Positions 27,322 through 38,143 of a DNA stretch of 64,000 nt are shown here, in pieces. The notes beneath the pieces were generated by a model. It made no database searches. It was not told where the DNA came from and saw nothing but the letters and a program-made list of their open reading frames with translations. Position 1 is the stretch's first letter. Each line of letters starts with the position of its first letter. This DNA comes from an uncultured Thermoplasmata archaeon (GTDB lineage Archaea > Thermoplasmatota > Thermoplasmata > Lutacidiplasmatales > UBA184): the NCBI GenBank assembly GCA_963749235.1, contig CAVVLV010000001.1, positions 410,989 to 474,988 on the forward strand, written 5' to 3'. Both the position numbers and the translations under genes were made by a program.

Positions 27322-29488
27322 GCACGCTCCGCGCCAGCACGGGCGAGTGCAGGGCGCTCGCGACCCGCTCGAACGGAGCCTGTCGGATCGCTTCCCGATC
27401 CGCGAAGCCCGCGCGGAAGAGGAGCCGTGCTCGCACCCGACCGATCCCCCGGAGGCGCACGAGGTCCAAGAGCTCCTCCCGCGCCCCGTACCGAACCCGC
27501 AGCGACAGGTCGTCGATCGTCCGACCCAAGCGCCGCTGGAAGACCGTCGCAAGACGCCCGGCGCCGAACAGAAGCCATTCGGCGTCCTCGACCTTGGTGC
27601 GGAGGTCGCCCGCTCCGAGACCGTACCGTTCGGTGAGCTCGACGATCGGGACCTCGTCGATCCACGCTTCGAGGATCGTCGCCGTCTTGAGAGAGGCGAG
27701 GAGTCCGTCCAAATCGAGGTGGATCGGCGGCTCGTCCGGCTTGACCAAGAGCTCCTCCGCCTCCTCCGTGAACCGGCCGAGCAGATCGGCCTCCTCTCCG
27801 CGCCGAAGGTAGAGGGGAGGAAGGTCGGGGGTCGCCGCGATGGCGGCGAGGAGGGCGAAGGCCCCGACCCCGATGGGGGCCCGCTCGAGGACCTGGCGGA
27901 GCACGACTGCACTGAGCGGGTCGAGGTAGAGCTCGCTGGTCAGGGCGCCGAAGCGGGTCGCCTTCAGGTGGGTTCCGGGAAGCAGGAATTCGTTCTCCTC
28001 GAGAAAGCGCCGAACGTTCCGGACCTTCGTCTCGAGCTCCACGAGCGGAAGAGTGCGGCCGTAGAACGTCGCGGCGAAGAAGGAGGTCAGTTCGGACTCC
28101 TCGTGCACCGCGCCACTCGCGACCAGGGCGAGGACGTGCATGCGCAACGCGGGCTCGGCCGCGAGGCGGCTTACCACGTCCTCGGGGGGGGCCGACAGGT
28201 ACCCGTCGAGCAGGCCTTCGATCGCGTCCTCCGTGCGAGCGATCAGGAGCGCCTCCCCCGCCGCGTCGAACCGAGGTCGGCCGGCCCGACCCAACATCTG
28301 ATGGATCTCCCCAGCCGGGATGGGAGCCTGCATCCCGACCCGGTCGTCGTAGCGCGTCGTGTCCCGGACGATCACCCGGCGGGCGGGGAGGTTGATGCCG
28401 GCGGCCAGCGTCGGGGTCGCCACGAGGACCTTGAGTGTCCGGTCGAGGAATGCCCGCTCGACGACGCGTCGTTCGGGATTCGTCAGCGAGGCGTTGTGGA
28501 ACGCGACGCCGGCGGGGAGCATCCCGTTCAATCGTCGCATCCCGGCGGTCTCCTCGTCCGAACCGGTGACGAGCTCCGCGGCCCAGGTGCGGGCCCGGAC
28601 CCGCTCCTCCGGGGTCAGCAGGGCCCGGACCGTCGGGATCAGCCCTTCGGCGACCTGCTCGCTCGCCCGTCGACTGTTGACGAAGACGAGGGCCTGCCCT
28701 CCCTCCTCGATCACGGTGCGGACGAGGCGGGGCACCGCTTCGCCGGGCGGGGGGATCTCCCGATCCGTCGTGTCCGTGAACCGGATCCGCCCGTCCGAGT
28801 AGACACCGAGCTTGAGAGGAACCGGACGGAAGTCGCTCGCGATGTGGCGCGCGTCCAACCAATCGGCGACCTCGCGGGAGTTCCCGACCGTCGCCGAGAG
28901 CGCGACCAGTTGGAGGTCGGGGTAGGACCGTCGGAGGCGGGTGATACTTACCTCAAGGGTCGGCCCTCGCTCGGGGTCGCGCAATAGGTGGACCTCGTCC
29001 ACGACCACGACCCCCAGCCGGTCGAGCCACGGGCTCCCGCGACGCAGGAGCGCGTCGGCCTTTTCGCTCGTGGCCACCAGGACGTCGAGCTTGTCCAACT
29101 GCTCGTTGGACAGGTCGAAGTCTCCCGTGGAGAGGCCAACCTTGAGTCCCAGCTCCTCGAATCGGCCGAGTTCTTCGGCCTTCTCCTGGGCTAGGGCGCG
29201 CAGCGGCACCAAGTACAAGCCGGTCCGGTGAGCGCGAACCGCCCGCACGAGGGCGAGGTAGGCGACCAAGGACTTCCCGCTCGCCGTCGGGCAGGCCAGG
29301 AGGACGCTCTCACCGGCGAGGACCGGCCCCAATGCCGCCGCCTGAGGTGGGAACAGGGCGGAGATGCCGTCGCGTTCCAGCACGGCTCGCAGGTCGGCGT
29401 CCAGGGGGAGCTCGGCCAGCGGGACCGAGCGGTGGGCCGAAGGGGTCTCCCCGCGAGACCGCCGGGGTGGGACAGTTCGGCGCGGCAC
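27185..29488 (-). CDS. hel308: Ski2-like DNA helicase Hel308
   Basis: PTASGKS, VPLRALAQEK, DEVH, LSAT, TPTLAAGINLP, QMLGRAGRP, HhH LRGIGRVRAR; start inferred. Confidence 0.95.
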   Translation of the reverse strand: MPRRTVPPRRSRGETPSAHRSVPLAELPLDADLRAVLERDGISALFPPQAAALGPVLAGESVLLACPTASGKSLVAYLALVRAVRAHRTGLYLVPLRALAQEKAEELGRFEELGLKVGLSTGDFDLSNEQLDKLDVLVATSEKADALLRRGSPWLDRLGVVVVDEVHLLRDPERGPTLEVSITRLRRSYPDLQLVALSATVGNSREVADWLDARHIASDFRPVPLKLGVYSDGRIRFTDTTDREIPPPGEAVPRLVRTVIEEGGQALVFVNSRRASEQVAEGLIPTVRALLTPEERVRARTWAAELVTGSDEETAGMRRLNGMLPAGVAFHNASLTNPERRVVERAFLDRTLKVLVATPTLAAGINLPARRVIVRDTTRYDDRVGMQAPIPAGEIHQMLGRAGRPRFDAAGEALLIARTEDAIEGLLDGYLSAPPEDVVSRLAAEPALRMHVLALVASGAVHEESELTSFFAATFYGRTLPLVELETKVRNVRRFLEENEFLLPGTHLKATRFGALTSELYLDPLSAVVLRQVLERAPIGVGAFALLAAIAATPDLPPLYLRRGEEADLLGRFTEEAEELLVKPDEPPIHLDLDGLLASLKTATILEAWIDEVPIVELTERYGLGAGDLRTKVEDAEWLLFGAGRLATVFQRRLGRTIDDLSLRVRYGAREELLDLVRLRGIGRVRARLLFRAGFADREAIRQAPFERVASALHSPVLARSVLSQLGRKEDAERLPSAPVAEPPRPRPVGARSTVRRLDEFPDDGRT

Positions 29489-29510
29489 GGACGCCGCAGG
29501 GACGTCCGTG

Positions 29511-30662
29511 CTAAGCCCTTTGCGACGGGGCCGCCTCGAGGAGCGTACGACCGAGGAGGAGCTCCTGGATCTCGCTCGTGCCCTCGACGATCGGGAAGAC
29601 GCGGGCATCCCGTAAGAGTCGTCCGGCCGCCGCCGAGCCCCGCACTCCGTCGGGGCCGGCGACGTCTACGCCGGCCGAGGCGACCGAGACGGCCGCCCGG
29701 GAGGCGACCAACTTCGCGACCGAGGCCTCCGCCTGGAACGGGAGCCCCGCATCCTTTCGGTCGGCGGCGCGCTCGACCAGTGCGCGGGCGGCGGAGAGCT
29801 CCGTGAAGGCACGGGCCAGCGCGATCCGTTTCCAGTCCGCGTCGTCGGCCCGGACCGCGGTCCGCATCTCTTCGAACGCCGCTCGGGCCACCCCGAGTGC
29901 GCAACTGGCGATCCCGACGCGCCCCCCCGTGAGCGCGCCCAGCGCGACGTGGAGGCCGGCCCCCTCCGAACCGAGGAGAGCCTCGGGCGCCAGTCGTACG
30001 TGGTCGAAGAGGAGTTCGGTCGTCTCGCTCCCCCTCAGTCCGAGCTTTTCGAACCGCTGGGCGACCGAGAAGCCGGGGCTGGGCCCAGGCACGAGGAACG
30101 CCGAGATCCCCTTCGATCCGAGCCCGGGGTCGTGCGTTGCGAAGACGAGCAGGAGGCCCGCGTTGGCCGCGTTCGAGATGAACGTCTTCGACCCGGTCAA
30201 CGTGTACCCGTCGGAGGTCCTCTCGTACCGGGTGCGTAAAGCCGCGGTGTCGGAACCGGCCCCGGGCTCGGTCAGCGCGAACGCGCCCACCCGCTCGCCG
30301 CGGGCCAAGGGCGGAAGCCACTCGGCTTGCTGCGCGGCTGTGCCCCAGGTGGCGATGGGTAGGGAACAGACGGAGACGTGCACGGCAAGGGTGACCCCCA
30401 CGGCGGCGCTCGCCGCCGACATCTCTTCGAGGACGGCGGAGAGCTCCGTCGTCCGGGCCGGGCGTCCTCCCCATTCGGTCGGGAGGCCGAGTCCGAAAAA
30501 GCCGTCGCGCGCCAACGCACGGAGGAGCTCTACGGGAATCCGATCCTCCCGGTCGATCTCGACCGCCCGCGGACGCACTTCCCGGTCCGCGACCTCCCGA
30601 GCCCAGGCCCGCATCGGCTCGTTGGTCGGCGGACCTCGTTCCGTCACGGGGCCTCCCAGCAC
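29511..30662 (-). CDS. Acyl-CoA dehydrogenase
   Basis: FALTEPGAGSD, GSKTFISNA, KLGLRGS, RDARVFPIVEGTSEIQ. Confidence 0.93.
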   Translation of the reverse strand: MLGGPVTERGPPTNEPMRAWAREVADREVRPRAVEIDREDRIPVELLRALARDGFFGLGLPTEWGGRPARTTELSAVLEEMSAASAAVGVTLAVHVSVCSLPIATWGTAAQQAEWLPPLARGERVGAFALTEPGAGSDTAALRTRYERTSDGYTLTGSKTFISNAANAGLLLVFATHDPGLGSKGISAFLVPGPSPGFSVAQRFEKLGLRGSETTELLFDHVRLAPEALLGSEGAGLHVALGALTGGRVGIASCALGVARAAFEEMRTAVRADDADWKRIALARAFTELSAARALVERAADRKDAGLPFQAEASVAKLVASRAAVSVASAGVDVAGPDGVRGSAAAGRLLRDARVFPIVEGTSEIQELLLGRTLLEAAPSQRA

Positions 30663-30717
30663 GACGCACCCTTAATGGGTGGCGGCGGGTCGACCGCTCC
30701 GAGCGGTGGAGGGGAGA

Positions 30718-32621
30718 ATGCCGGGGACTCCGACACCGAAGGACCGGTTCACCGCCCTCGACACGCTCGCGGTGGTGCGCGAGCTCCGCGCCCATCCCCG
30801 GGCCCGCGTGGACAAGGCGTTCGACCTTCCCGACGGGGGCTGGTCGCTCGCTCTTCGGGTTCCGGGCGAGGGACGTCTCGAACTCCTCCTCGTGCCCGGA
30901 CGGTACACCGCGATCCTCCCCTTCGGTTCCGAACGGGCCGAAGAACTCTCCCCGTTCGCCCGGGACCTCCGACGGGTGCTCACCGGCGCCGTCTTGGATC
31001 GCGTGACGGAGCCCGCCGGGGAGCGATCCCTCGAGATCGGGTTCACCCGCGGCGACGCCGCCGGTGGGATCCTGGTGCTGCTCGAGATGTTCGGGACGGG
31101 CAATCTCACGGTCGCCGTGGATGGGAAGATCGCCGCGGTCGCGCACTCGCGCCGGTGGGCGCATCGGGTGGTGCGGGTTGGGGCCGAGTACGCCCGGGCC
31201 CCCGGCCGCGCCGACCCCTGGGAGCTTACCGCGGAAGCGATCGAGGAGATCCTCTCGCGATCTCGTACAGACCTGACCAGTACGCTCGCCGCGCGACTCG
31301 GCCTCGGAGGACCGCTAGCGGAGGAGCTCGTGGCCCGCATCGCCGTCGACGGACAAGCGCCGGCCTCCGGCGACGCCCCCCTGCGGGCCCGGGCCCTTCA
31401 TGCCGCCCTCGCGACCCTGCGGTCCGAGGTCGGGGACCGCCGGCCGGATTCCTCTATGCACGGGAGGGCGCCCTGCTCGATGCCACCCCGTACCCCTCGT
31501 CCCGCTGGATGGGCGTCGAGGGCGTGCTTGAGGAGAAACGCGCGCACTTTTCCGAAGCCGCCCGCGACTACTTCCGCACGGTGGTACCCGCCGCTCCCGA
31601 CGTGGCGGCGCTCCAGGCCTCCTCCGAGCGCAAGGAGATCGACCGGATGCTCGTCCAACAGCGCGCCGCCGTCGTCCAGCTCGAGGGGGAGGTCGCGCAG
31701 CTGCAAGCGCGCGCCGAGCTGATCCTGGCCCACTATCCCGAAGCCGAGGCGGCCCTCCTCGCGGCCGAGACCGCCAGTCCGGGGGATCTGCCGGTGGAGC
31801 TCGTCCTGGAGGGCCAACGGGTGACTCTTTCCCGCCGTCGCACACCGCGGGAGACGGCCCAGGACCTGTTCGAGGAATCGAAGCGGCAGGCGACCAAGCT
31901 TGCCGGAGCCCGGCACGCCCTGGAGGAGACGGAAGCGAGGGCCACCCATCCCTCCACCGGAGAAGCCGTGGTCGCGGCGCGAGCCCGCGCGAGGGCGGCC
32001 CCCCCGAAGAAACAGTTCTGGTTCGAGAAGTTCCGCTGGTTCGTGAGCTCGGAAGGGGCGATCGTGATCGCAGGGCGGGACGCGGCGTCCAATGACCTGG
32101 TCGTTCGACGGAACCTGAAGGACGGGGACTTCTACCTCCATGCCGACCTGCACGGGGCGGCGAGCGTGATCGTCAAGCGGCCGGCGCCCGGGAGCCCGGA
32201 GGTGACCGAGGTCACCCTCCGCGAGGCGGGCCAGTGGGCCGTGGCGTTTTCGAAGGCGTGGCGGGCCGGCCTCGCCTCCGCCTCGGCGTTCTGGGTGACC
32301 CCGGACCAGGTCTCAAAATCCGCCGCGTCGGGCGAGTTCGTTCCGCGGGGCGCCTGGGTCGTCCACGGGACGAAGCATTTCCTGAAGGACCTGCCGCTCG
32401 AGCTCGCGCTCGGCACGGTCCGAGTGGAGGCCGAGGAACGATGGACCGCGGCCCCCGAATCGGCCGTACGGTCGCGGGGAACGGTCCGCTACCTTCTGTC
32501 ACCCGGCGAGGACCGGGATCGGGCGACCCGCGAGGTCGAACTGGCCAAGGACCTCGGCGTTTCCCGCTCGTTGCTCCAATCGCTACTGCCGGCCGGGGGC
32601 CTCTCGCCCCGGCGCACGTAG
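30718..32621 (+). CDS. rqcH: NFACT/Rqc2 ribosome quality-control factor (frameshift near 31445)
   Basis: FTALD..AVVREL, EMFGTGN, WFEKFRWFVSSEG..VIAGRDA..ND, HADLHGA. Confidence 0.9.
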
Positions 32622-33253
32622 ACGCGCTGCACCTCTTCGGCTGCGAACCGGTCGCCCGCCTGGCGCCAGGTTTGCTGGCGGGCCCGGAGGCCCACGATCG
32701 TCGCCACCGTCGTCGGCAGCTGGATGGTCGCGCCGACCTCCAGCATCGTCCCGGGCGCGATCGGTAGCCGACCGGCCTGCGTCCGACGGCCCTCGACCAG
32801 CGAGTAGAGGACGTTCGGTCCCGTCTTCCGGACCGCCCACACGGTGCGAACGTCCTTGACACGTCCCGAGGAGACCGGCTTTCCCGCCCGGTCCTCGATC
32901 TTGTGGATCTCGAGCGGCTCGGGGTACTCCGGCACACCGGTCCCGAGCTGGACCTTTCGATCCGCGGGGAGGGCGATACGCTTCCGTTCGGAGCGGGGCC
33001 CGTCCGAGACGATCAACCATAGTTCGTCGGTCGTGGGGAGGGTGGAGACGAACGGGTGGGAAAGGCCACAGTTCCGGCACCGGGCCACGCCGCGCACGAC
33101 GGAGGCCCGCGGCCCGGGACCCCGTCCTTCCAGGTGAAGGATGCGGTGCGGGGTCTCCCCACCACACACCTCGCACGGGAGGCGGGCGGAGTGCAACGCG
33201 GCCGCCCCGGGTTTCGCCGGGGGGCCCGCGGGGGCCTCCTCCTCCTCGGACAT
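32489..33253 (-). CDS. Archaeal zinc-finger protein (HVO_0476-like)
   Basis: CEVCGGETPHRIL..RCRNCGLSH, IVSDGPRSE, VRTVWA, EVQRVY. Confidence 0.8.
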   Translation of the reverse strand: MSEEEEAPAGPPAKPGAAALHSARLPCEVCGGETPHRILHLEGRGPGPRASVVRGVARCRNCGLSHPFVSTLPTTDELWLIVSDGPRSERKRIALPADRKVQLGTGVPEYPEPLEIHKIEDRAGKPVSSGRVKDVRTVWAVRKTGPNVLYSLVEGRRTQAGRLPIAPGTMLEVGATIQLPTTVATIVGLRARQQTWRQAGDRFAAEEVQRVYVRRGERPPAGSSDWSNERETPRSLASSTSRVARSRSSPGDRR

Positions 33254-33342
33254 GGGAAGGGGCAGGCCGGGTCGGTGGCTTGAGTCTTCGCCCCCTCGGG
33301 GAAAGCGGAGCCGGCCCCCTCCTTCGCAGGGTGCGGTCCGCT

Positions 33343-34326
33343 CTAGCCGAGCTTCCACCGGCGGAGGCTCGACCGGAACAGGAGTCGACGGGCCAGCCCG
33401 GGCGAGACCACCGCCGCCAGGGCGGCGAGGCGTACCCCCTGATCCCCCCGGCCCGCCCCCCGAGATAGGGCGCGCAGTGCAGCTCGACGGGGCCTTTCTC
33501 CGGCCTCGAGGGCGGCGAAGAAACGGAACCCTTCCGTGGCCCGCATCAAGTACTGGGTCATCGGCGCGTCCGGCCCGGCCCGTTCGGCCGCGATGCGAGC
33601 GAGCGTTCCGTTCGCACGAGCGAATCGTTCGGATGCGACTCGGTGGCGGGCCCGGAACTCCTCGGGCGTCGCCCCTCGAGCATGCGACATGTTCTGGTCG
33701 TGAAGGCGGAGCAGGGTCAGCGGTTCCGCAGTGATCCGCATTCCGGATCGACCGCTCAGGAGGGCCGCGACCAGCCAGAACAGGTCGGCTGACCACCCAG
33801 CTTCACGCGCGGCCGGGATCCATTCGACGGCCCAACTTCGCCGAACCGAGGTCGACGAGCAGTTTCCGGGCCAGATGCTGCGGACGAGCTCGCCAAAGTC
33901 CTGGCCGTCCCACCCGTCGAAGCGCTCGGGGTGGGTGCCGGCCAGTTCCGGGTGGCTCGCCTGGATCGGACGCCCCTGGGAGTCGATGGGGCGCTGGGCG
34001 TGGTCGTAATAGTGCAGGGTGGGCGACGCCCCGAAGAGCTCGCGAACGCGGGGGACCTTTTCGGGCGTCCAGACGTCGTCGTCGTCCAGCAAGGCCACGA
34101 CATCTCCTCGAGCGGCCTCGAGCCCGCGACACTGCTTCTCCGCCGTATCGGGGGTGGGGCAGAGAATGTCGAGGTAGCGGCCCTCGCAGCCCTCGATCGG
34201 TCCCGTGAAGTTACGGACGACCACGACCTCGTCCGCTCCCCCCTCCACGGCGGAGCGCACAGCGAAGGGCAGGAAGGCGACCCGGTCGTGGGCGGTGATG
34301 ACCGCCGTGATCGTGGGAGTACTCAC
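33343..34326 (-). CDS. Family 2 glycosyltransferase
   Basis: ITAVITAHDR, ARGDVVALLDDDDVW. Confidence 0.88.
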   Translation of the reverse strand: MSTPTITAVITAHDRVAFLPFAVRSAVEGGADEVVVVRNFTGPIEGCEGRYLDILCPTPDTAEKQCRGLEAARGDVVALLDDDDVWTPEKVPRVRELFGASPTLHYYDHAQRPIDSQGRPIQASHPELAGTHPERFDGWDGQDFGELVRSIWPGNCSSTSVRRSWAVEWIPAAREAGWSADLFWLVAALLSGRSGMRITAEPLTLLRLHDQNMSHARGATPEEFRARHRVASERFARANGTLARIAAERAGPDAPMTQYLMRATEGFRFFAALEAGERPRRAALRALSRGAGRGDQGVRLAALAAVVSPGLARRLLFRSSLRRWKLG

Positions 34327-34497
34327 TGATGACCCGTCCCCGTGGAATCCGACCGAGAACGGGGGCGGTCTTAGCTCTGCACTCTCTTCGGCCGGGCGGC
34401 GGGTGGGCCGTCGAGAGAACGGTCCCGCGGCGCGAGGTCAATCCGGCCTGACGCCTCGGACATAACCCTCCCGCCCGGTCTCGGAGAGCGAGGAGTG

Positions 34498-36457
34498 ATG
34501 GCGCCCGGTCCCATTCCCGCGCAACCGACGGTCGCGTCCGTGGCCTCCCTGGCCTCCCGGCTCGAGCGGGTGCGCTCGAGCCTGGTCGATCTGGAAGCGG
34601 CGGCCGAGCTCGGTCCGTACGGTTCGCAGCGGGACAGCGCCCGCAACCTCCTGCACTACCTGGCGTTCCGCCGATTCGACCTTCGACGGGACCAGGCCCG
34701 CCTCACCCACTGGGGCCTCTCCTCGCTCGGCCGGTCGGAAGGGCACGTGCTGTACAACCTGGATGCGGTTCTCGGATGGCTCCACTCGCTTCAGGGTGGG
34801 ACTCGCCCGGAACGCCCCGCCCCGACCGGGCCCGACCCCGAGCGGGGGCGCCACCTCCTCGCGAGGAATTCCCAAGCGCTCCTGGGTCCGACCCATCCCG
34901 GTCGAGGCGTGCGCATCATGGTTACGATGCCCGCCGAGGCGGCCACGGACTATGAGCTCGTGCGCGAACTCGTGGAGGTCGGGATGGACTGTGCGCGGAT
35001 CAACTGCGCTCACGAGGGACCCGACGAGTGGGCCCGCATGGTCGCGCACGTCCGTCGGGCGGAGCGTTCCACCGGCCGCCGCTGCCGGATCGAGATGGAC
35101 CTGACGGGTCCCAAGATCCTGTACCGGAGCGATCCGACCGGGACCGGCCGTCCTCAAGGTTCGTCCGACGCGCGATGCGTTCGGGCAGGTGACCGCGCCG
35201 GCGTCGGTGTGGCTAGTCCCGGAGGAGGAGGACGGGACGCTCCACCCCGCTGGACGATCGGTTCCAGTCCCGAACGACTGGCTCGCCCGACGTCGGATCC
35301 CCGAACAAGTCGAGGTGGTCGACCTCCGCGGGGCCCGACGGACGTTGCGGCTTCAGGAGCGGGCCGGCAAGTGCGTCCGCGCCGAGCTCTCTAAGACGGT
35401 CTACCTCGAACGTGGGAACCTCCTTACGGGACTCGCGGCCGACGGACGCGAGGATCGCGCGCGGATCGGACCGATCGAGCCCGTCCCGCAACGCCTCCGC
35501 CTCGAACGCGGTGACACGCTGATCGTGACCGCCCGCCCGGAACCGGGCGAAGCGGCGCGACGGATAGCCGACGGGCGAGTGCTCCGCCCGGCTCACATCG
35601 CCTGCACGCTGCCCGAGGGACTTCGGTCCGTCCGGACCGGCCAGTCGATCTGGTTCGATGACGGGCGGATCGGTGGGGTTGTGCGGTCGGCGACCGAGGG
35701 GCGGCTGCGGGTGGAGGTCACCCATGCCCCTCCCGAAGGGACCTGGCTGGGTGCGGACAAGGGGATCAACCTCCCCGACACCCAGCTCGACCTGCCCGCC
35801 TTGACGGAGAAGGATTTGGAGGACCTTCGGTTCGTCGTGCGACACGCGGACCTGGTCGGTCTCTCGTTCGTCCACACTCCCTCGGACCTTGAGCAATTGC
35901 GAGCCGAGCTCGCCCGGCTCGGGCGCCCACGCATGGGCGTCGTACTCAAGCTGGAAGTTCGACGAGGGTTCGCCGAACTCCCGGGGATCCTCCTCGCGGC
36001 CCTCCGCAGCCCTCCCGTCGGCGTGATGATCGCCCGGGGGGACCTCGCGGTGGAGGTCGGCTTCGAGCGACTCGCCGAGGTCCAGGAGGAGATTCTGTGG
36101 CTCTGCGAGGCCGCTCACATGCCCGCGATCTGGGCCACCCAGGTCTTGGAGGGCTTGACGAAGAGCGGACTGCCGTCCCGGGCGGAGGTGACGGACGCCG
36201 CGATGGGGGAGCGGGCCGAGTGCGTGATGCTGAACAAGGGGCCGCACGTGGTCGCGGCGGTCCGAGCCCTGGACAGCATCTTACGTCGCATGCAGTCGCA
36301 CCAGGCGAAGAAGACCGCGATGCTCCGCCACCTTCAGGTCGTCGAACGGTTCTTTCACGGGCGGCGCGCGGGCACGACCTCCCGGCGTGGCGGACGACTG
36401 GCGCGGGCGGGTCCGTCACGCGGAGGTCGCGCCGCCGATGGGGCTGCCCGAATTTGA
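34498..36457 (+). CDS. pyk: Pyruvate kinase, long form (frameshift near 35125)
   Basis: RIMVTMP, ARINCAH, MDLTGPK, DKGINLP, MIARGDLAVE, WATQVLE, ECVMLNKG. Confidence 0.9.
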
Positions 36458-36546
36458 ATCGGGGTCCCGGGCTCCCAAAGCCCGAAGGATGGACCAATAG
36501 AGCAGGGCGAGGTGTGACCCTCGTCCCGTAGCTACCCCACAGCCCC
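36439..36546 (-). tRNA. tRNA-Pro(TGG) with 33-nt D-loop intron (36497-36529)
   Basis: Acceptor GGGGCTG/CAGCCCC, anticodon arm CGGGC-TTTGGGA-GCCCG, T arm CCCGA-TTCAAAT-TCGGG; removing the intron restores D-loop AGCTTGGTCCA. Confidence 0.95.
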
Positions 36547-36556
36547 GCATCGAAGG

Positions 36557-36985
36557 TCAGACGGCGTCCACCCGTTTCAACGTTCGGCCGATGCGGCACT
36601 CGGCTGGGTTCGGGTCGACCTTCTCGATCCGGTACCGCTGCTTCGCGGGCAGGTTCGGTCCCGCACAGTCCCACCAGTTCGGGCAGTCCAGGCGGCGGCA
36701 CGGGTACCGGCTCACGTCGACCGAGCTCCCGACGACCGCGCTCCGGGCCTCGACCAGGAGCGGTCTGGGGACGACCTTGACCTCCACCACGTGGGCGTCG
36801 GTCTCCTGGAGGGCGCACGGGTGCTTGATCGGACGGACCTTGGTGATCGCGTACCGCCGGCCGGTGTCGAGCGTGAGGCACGCGTGCCGATAGGGACACG
36901 TGCGGCAGACCGGGGCCCCGCCACCGTAGACGAATTCGAACCCTTCGTGCGCCTCGCTAATGCCGATAAGCGTGATTTCCGCCAT
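36557..36985 (-). CDS. UPF0179 family protein
   Basis: ITLIG....GFEFVY....C..C.....C..L..GRRY.I..VR..HPC; follows egsA. Confidence 0.85.
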   Translation of the reverse strand: MAEITLIGISEAHEGFEFVYGGGAPVCRTCPYRHACLTLDTGRRYAITKVRPIKHPCALQETDAHVVEVKVVPRPLLVEARSAVVGSSVDVSRYPCRRLDCPNWWDCAGPNLPAKQRYRIEKVDPNPAECRIGRTLKRVDAV

Positions 36986-36986
36986 G

Positions 36987-38097
36987 TTATCCGATCACTC
37001 CCGTGACGTTGGCCAGCCGTTCGGCGGCCTCGCGCGTGAGGCCGTTGTCTCCCAAGATCGTGTAGCGGTCCGGGCGCACCGAGTGCGCCATGACGAGCGC
37101 GTGCACGATCTCCTCCGTCCGGACGCCGAGTTCGCGGGCGGTCGTCGGAGCGCCGATCGTGTGGAGCGCGCTCTTCAATCGACGCCAGTCGCCGCCGTGG
37201 AGGTACATCATCATGATCGCGCCGACCCCGCACTGTTCGCCGTGGAGGCTCGGGTGCTCGCTGACCCGGTCGAGCGCGTGGCTGAAGAGGTGCTCGCTGC
37301 CCGAGCAGGGTCGCGAGGATCCCGCCACGCTCATCGCGATCCCGGCGACCAGGATGGGCCGGATCGCGATCCAGACCGACTCCTCCAAGTTCGGTTTGAT
37401 CGAGGCCGCGTGGTCCATGATCTCCTGGGCCGCGTACTCGGAAAGGGTCGCCGCCGTGCTCGAGTACCTCTTCGTTGCGTAGGCGCACCGCGAGTCGCCA
37501 GTCCAAGACCGCGGTCACATTGGAGATGACGTCCGCACACCCAGAGGCGAGCAGCCGGAACGGCGCCTTCACGATGAGTTCGGTGTCCGCGATGACCCCG
37601 ACCGGTACGGCCGCCTGGGTGCTGGTCGCGGTCGCGCTGCCGTGGATCGACGCGCGCGGGGAGGAGATCCCGTCATGCCCGGCCGAGGTAGGAAGGCTCA
37701 CGAACGGGACCCGAAGGCGGTTCGCGACGACCTTCGTGATATCGATCTTGCTGCCGCCCCCGGCGCCGACCAGGAATCGCGCGCCGGCGGCCCGCGCCTC
37801 CCGTTCCACGCGGTCGACCTCCTCTTCCGTAGCGATGTTCGCGATGATGGTGGATGCGTCGAACTTCGATTCCTTCAAGATCTCGGTCGCCCGGTATCCC
37901 GCGAGCTCGGCGGTCTTCGGTCCGGTGATCACGACGCCCCGGTCCGGGAAATCGAACTGACGGCACGTCGAACCCAGGTCTGCGAGCACCCCGTGGCCGA
38001 CGAGCACGACCCGGGGGAACACCATCCCACGGGCCTTGCCGAAGGGGGAGTCGAGGACCGACGGGGTCGAATGCGCGCGGCCGCCCTCTCCTGACAT
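36987..38097 (-). CDS. egsA: sn-glycerol-1-phosphate dehydrogenase (frameshift near 37467)
   Basis: [46 protein letters not shown]. Confidence 0.95.
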
Positions 38098-38143
38098 CCT
38101 CGAGCGGGCGGACGGGGGGAAGGCCCTCTTTAGCCTTCCGTGG

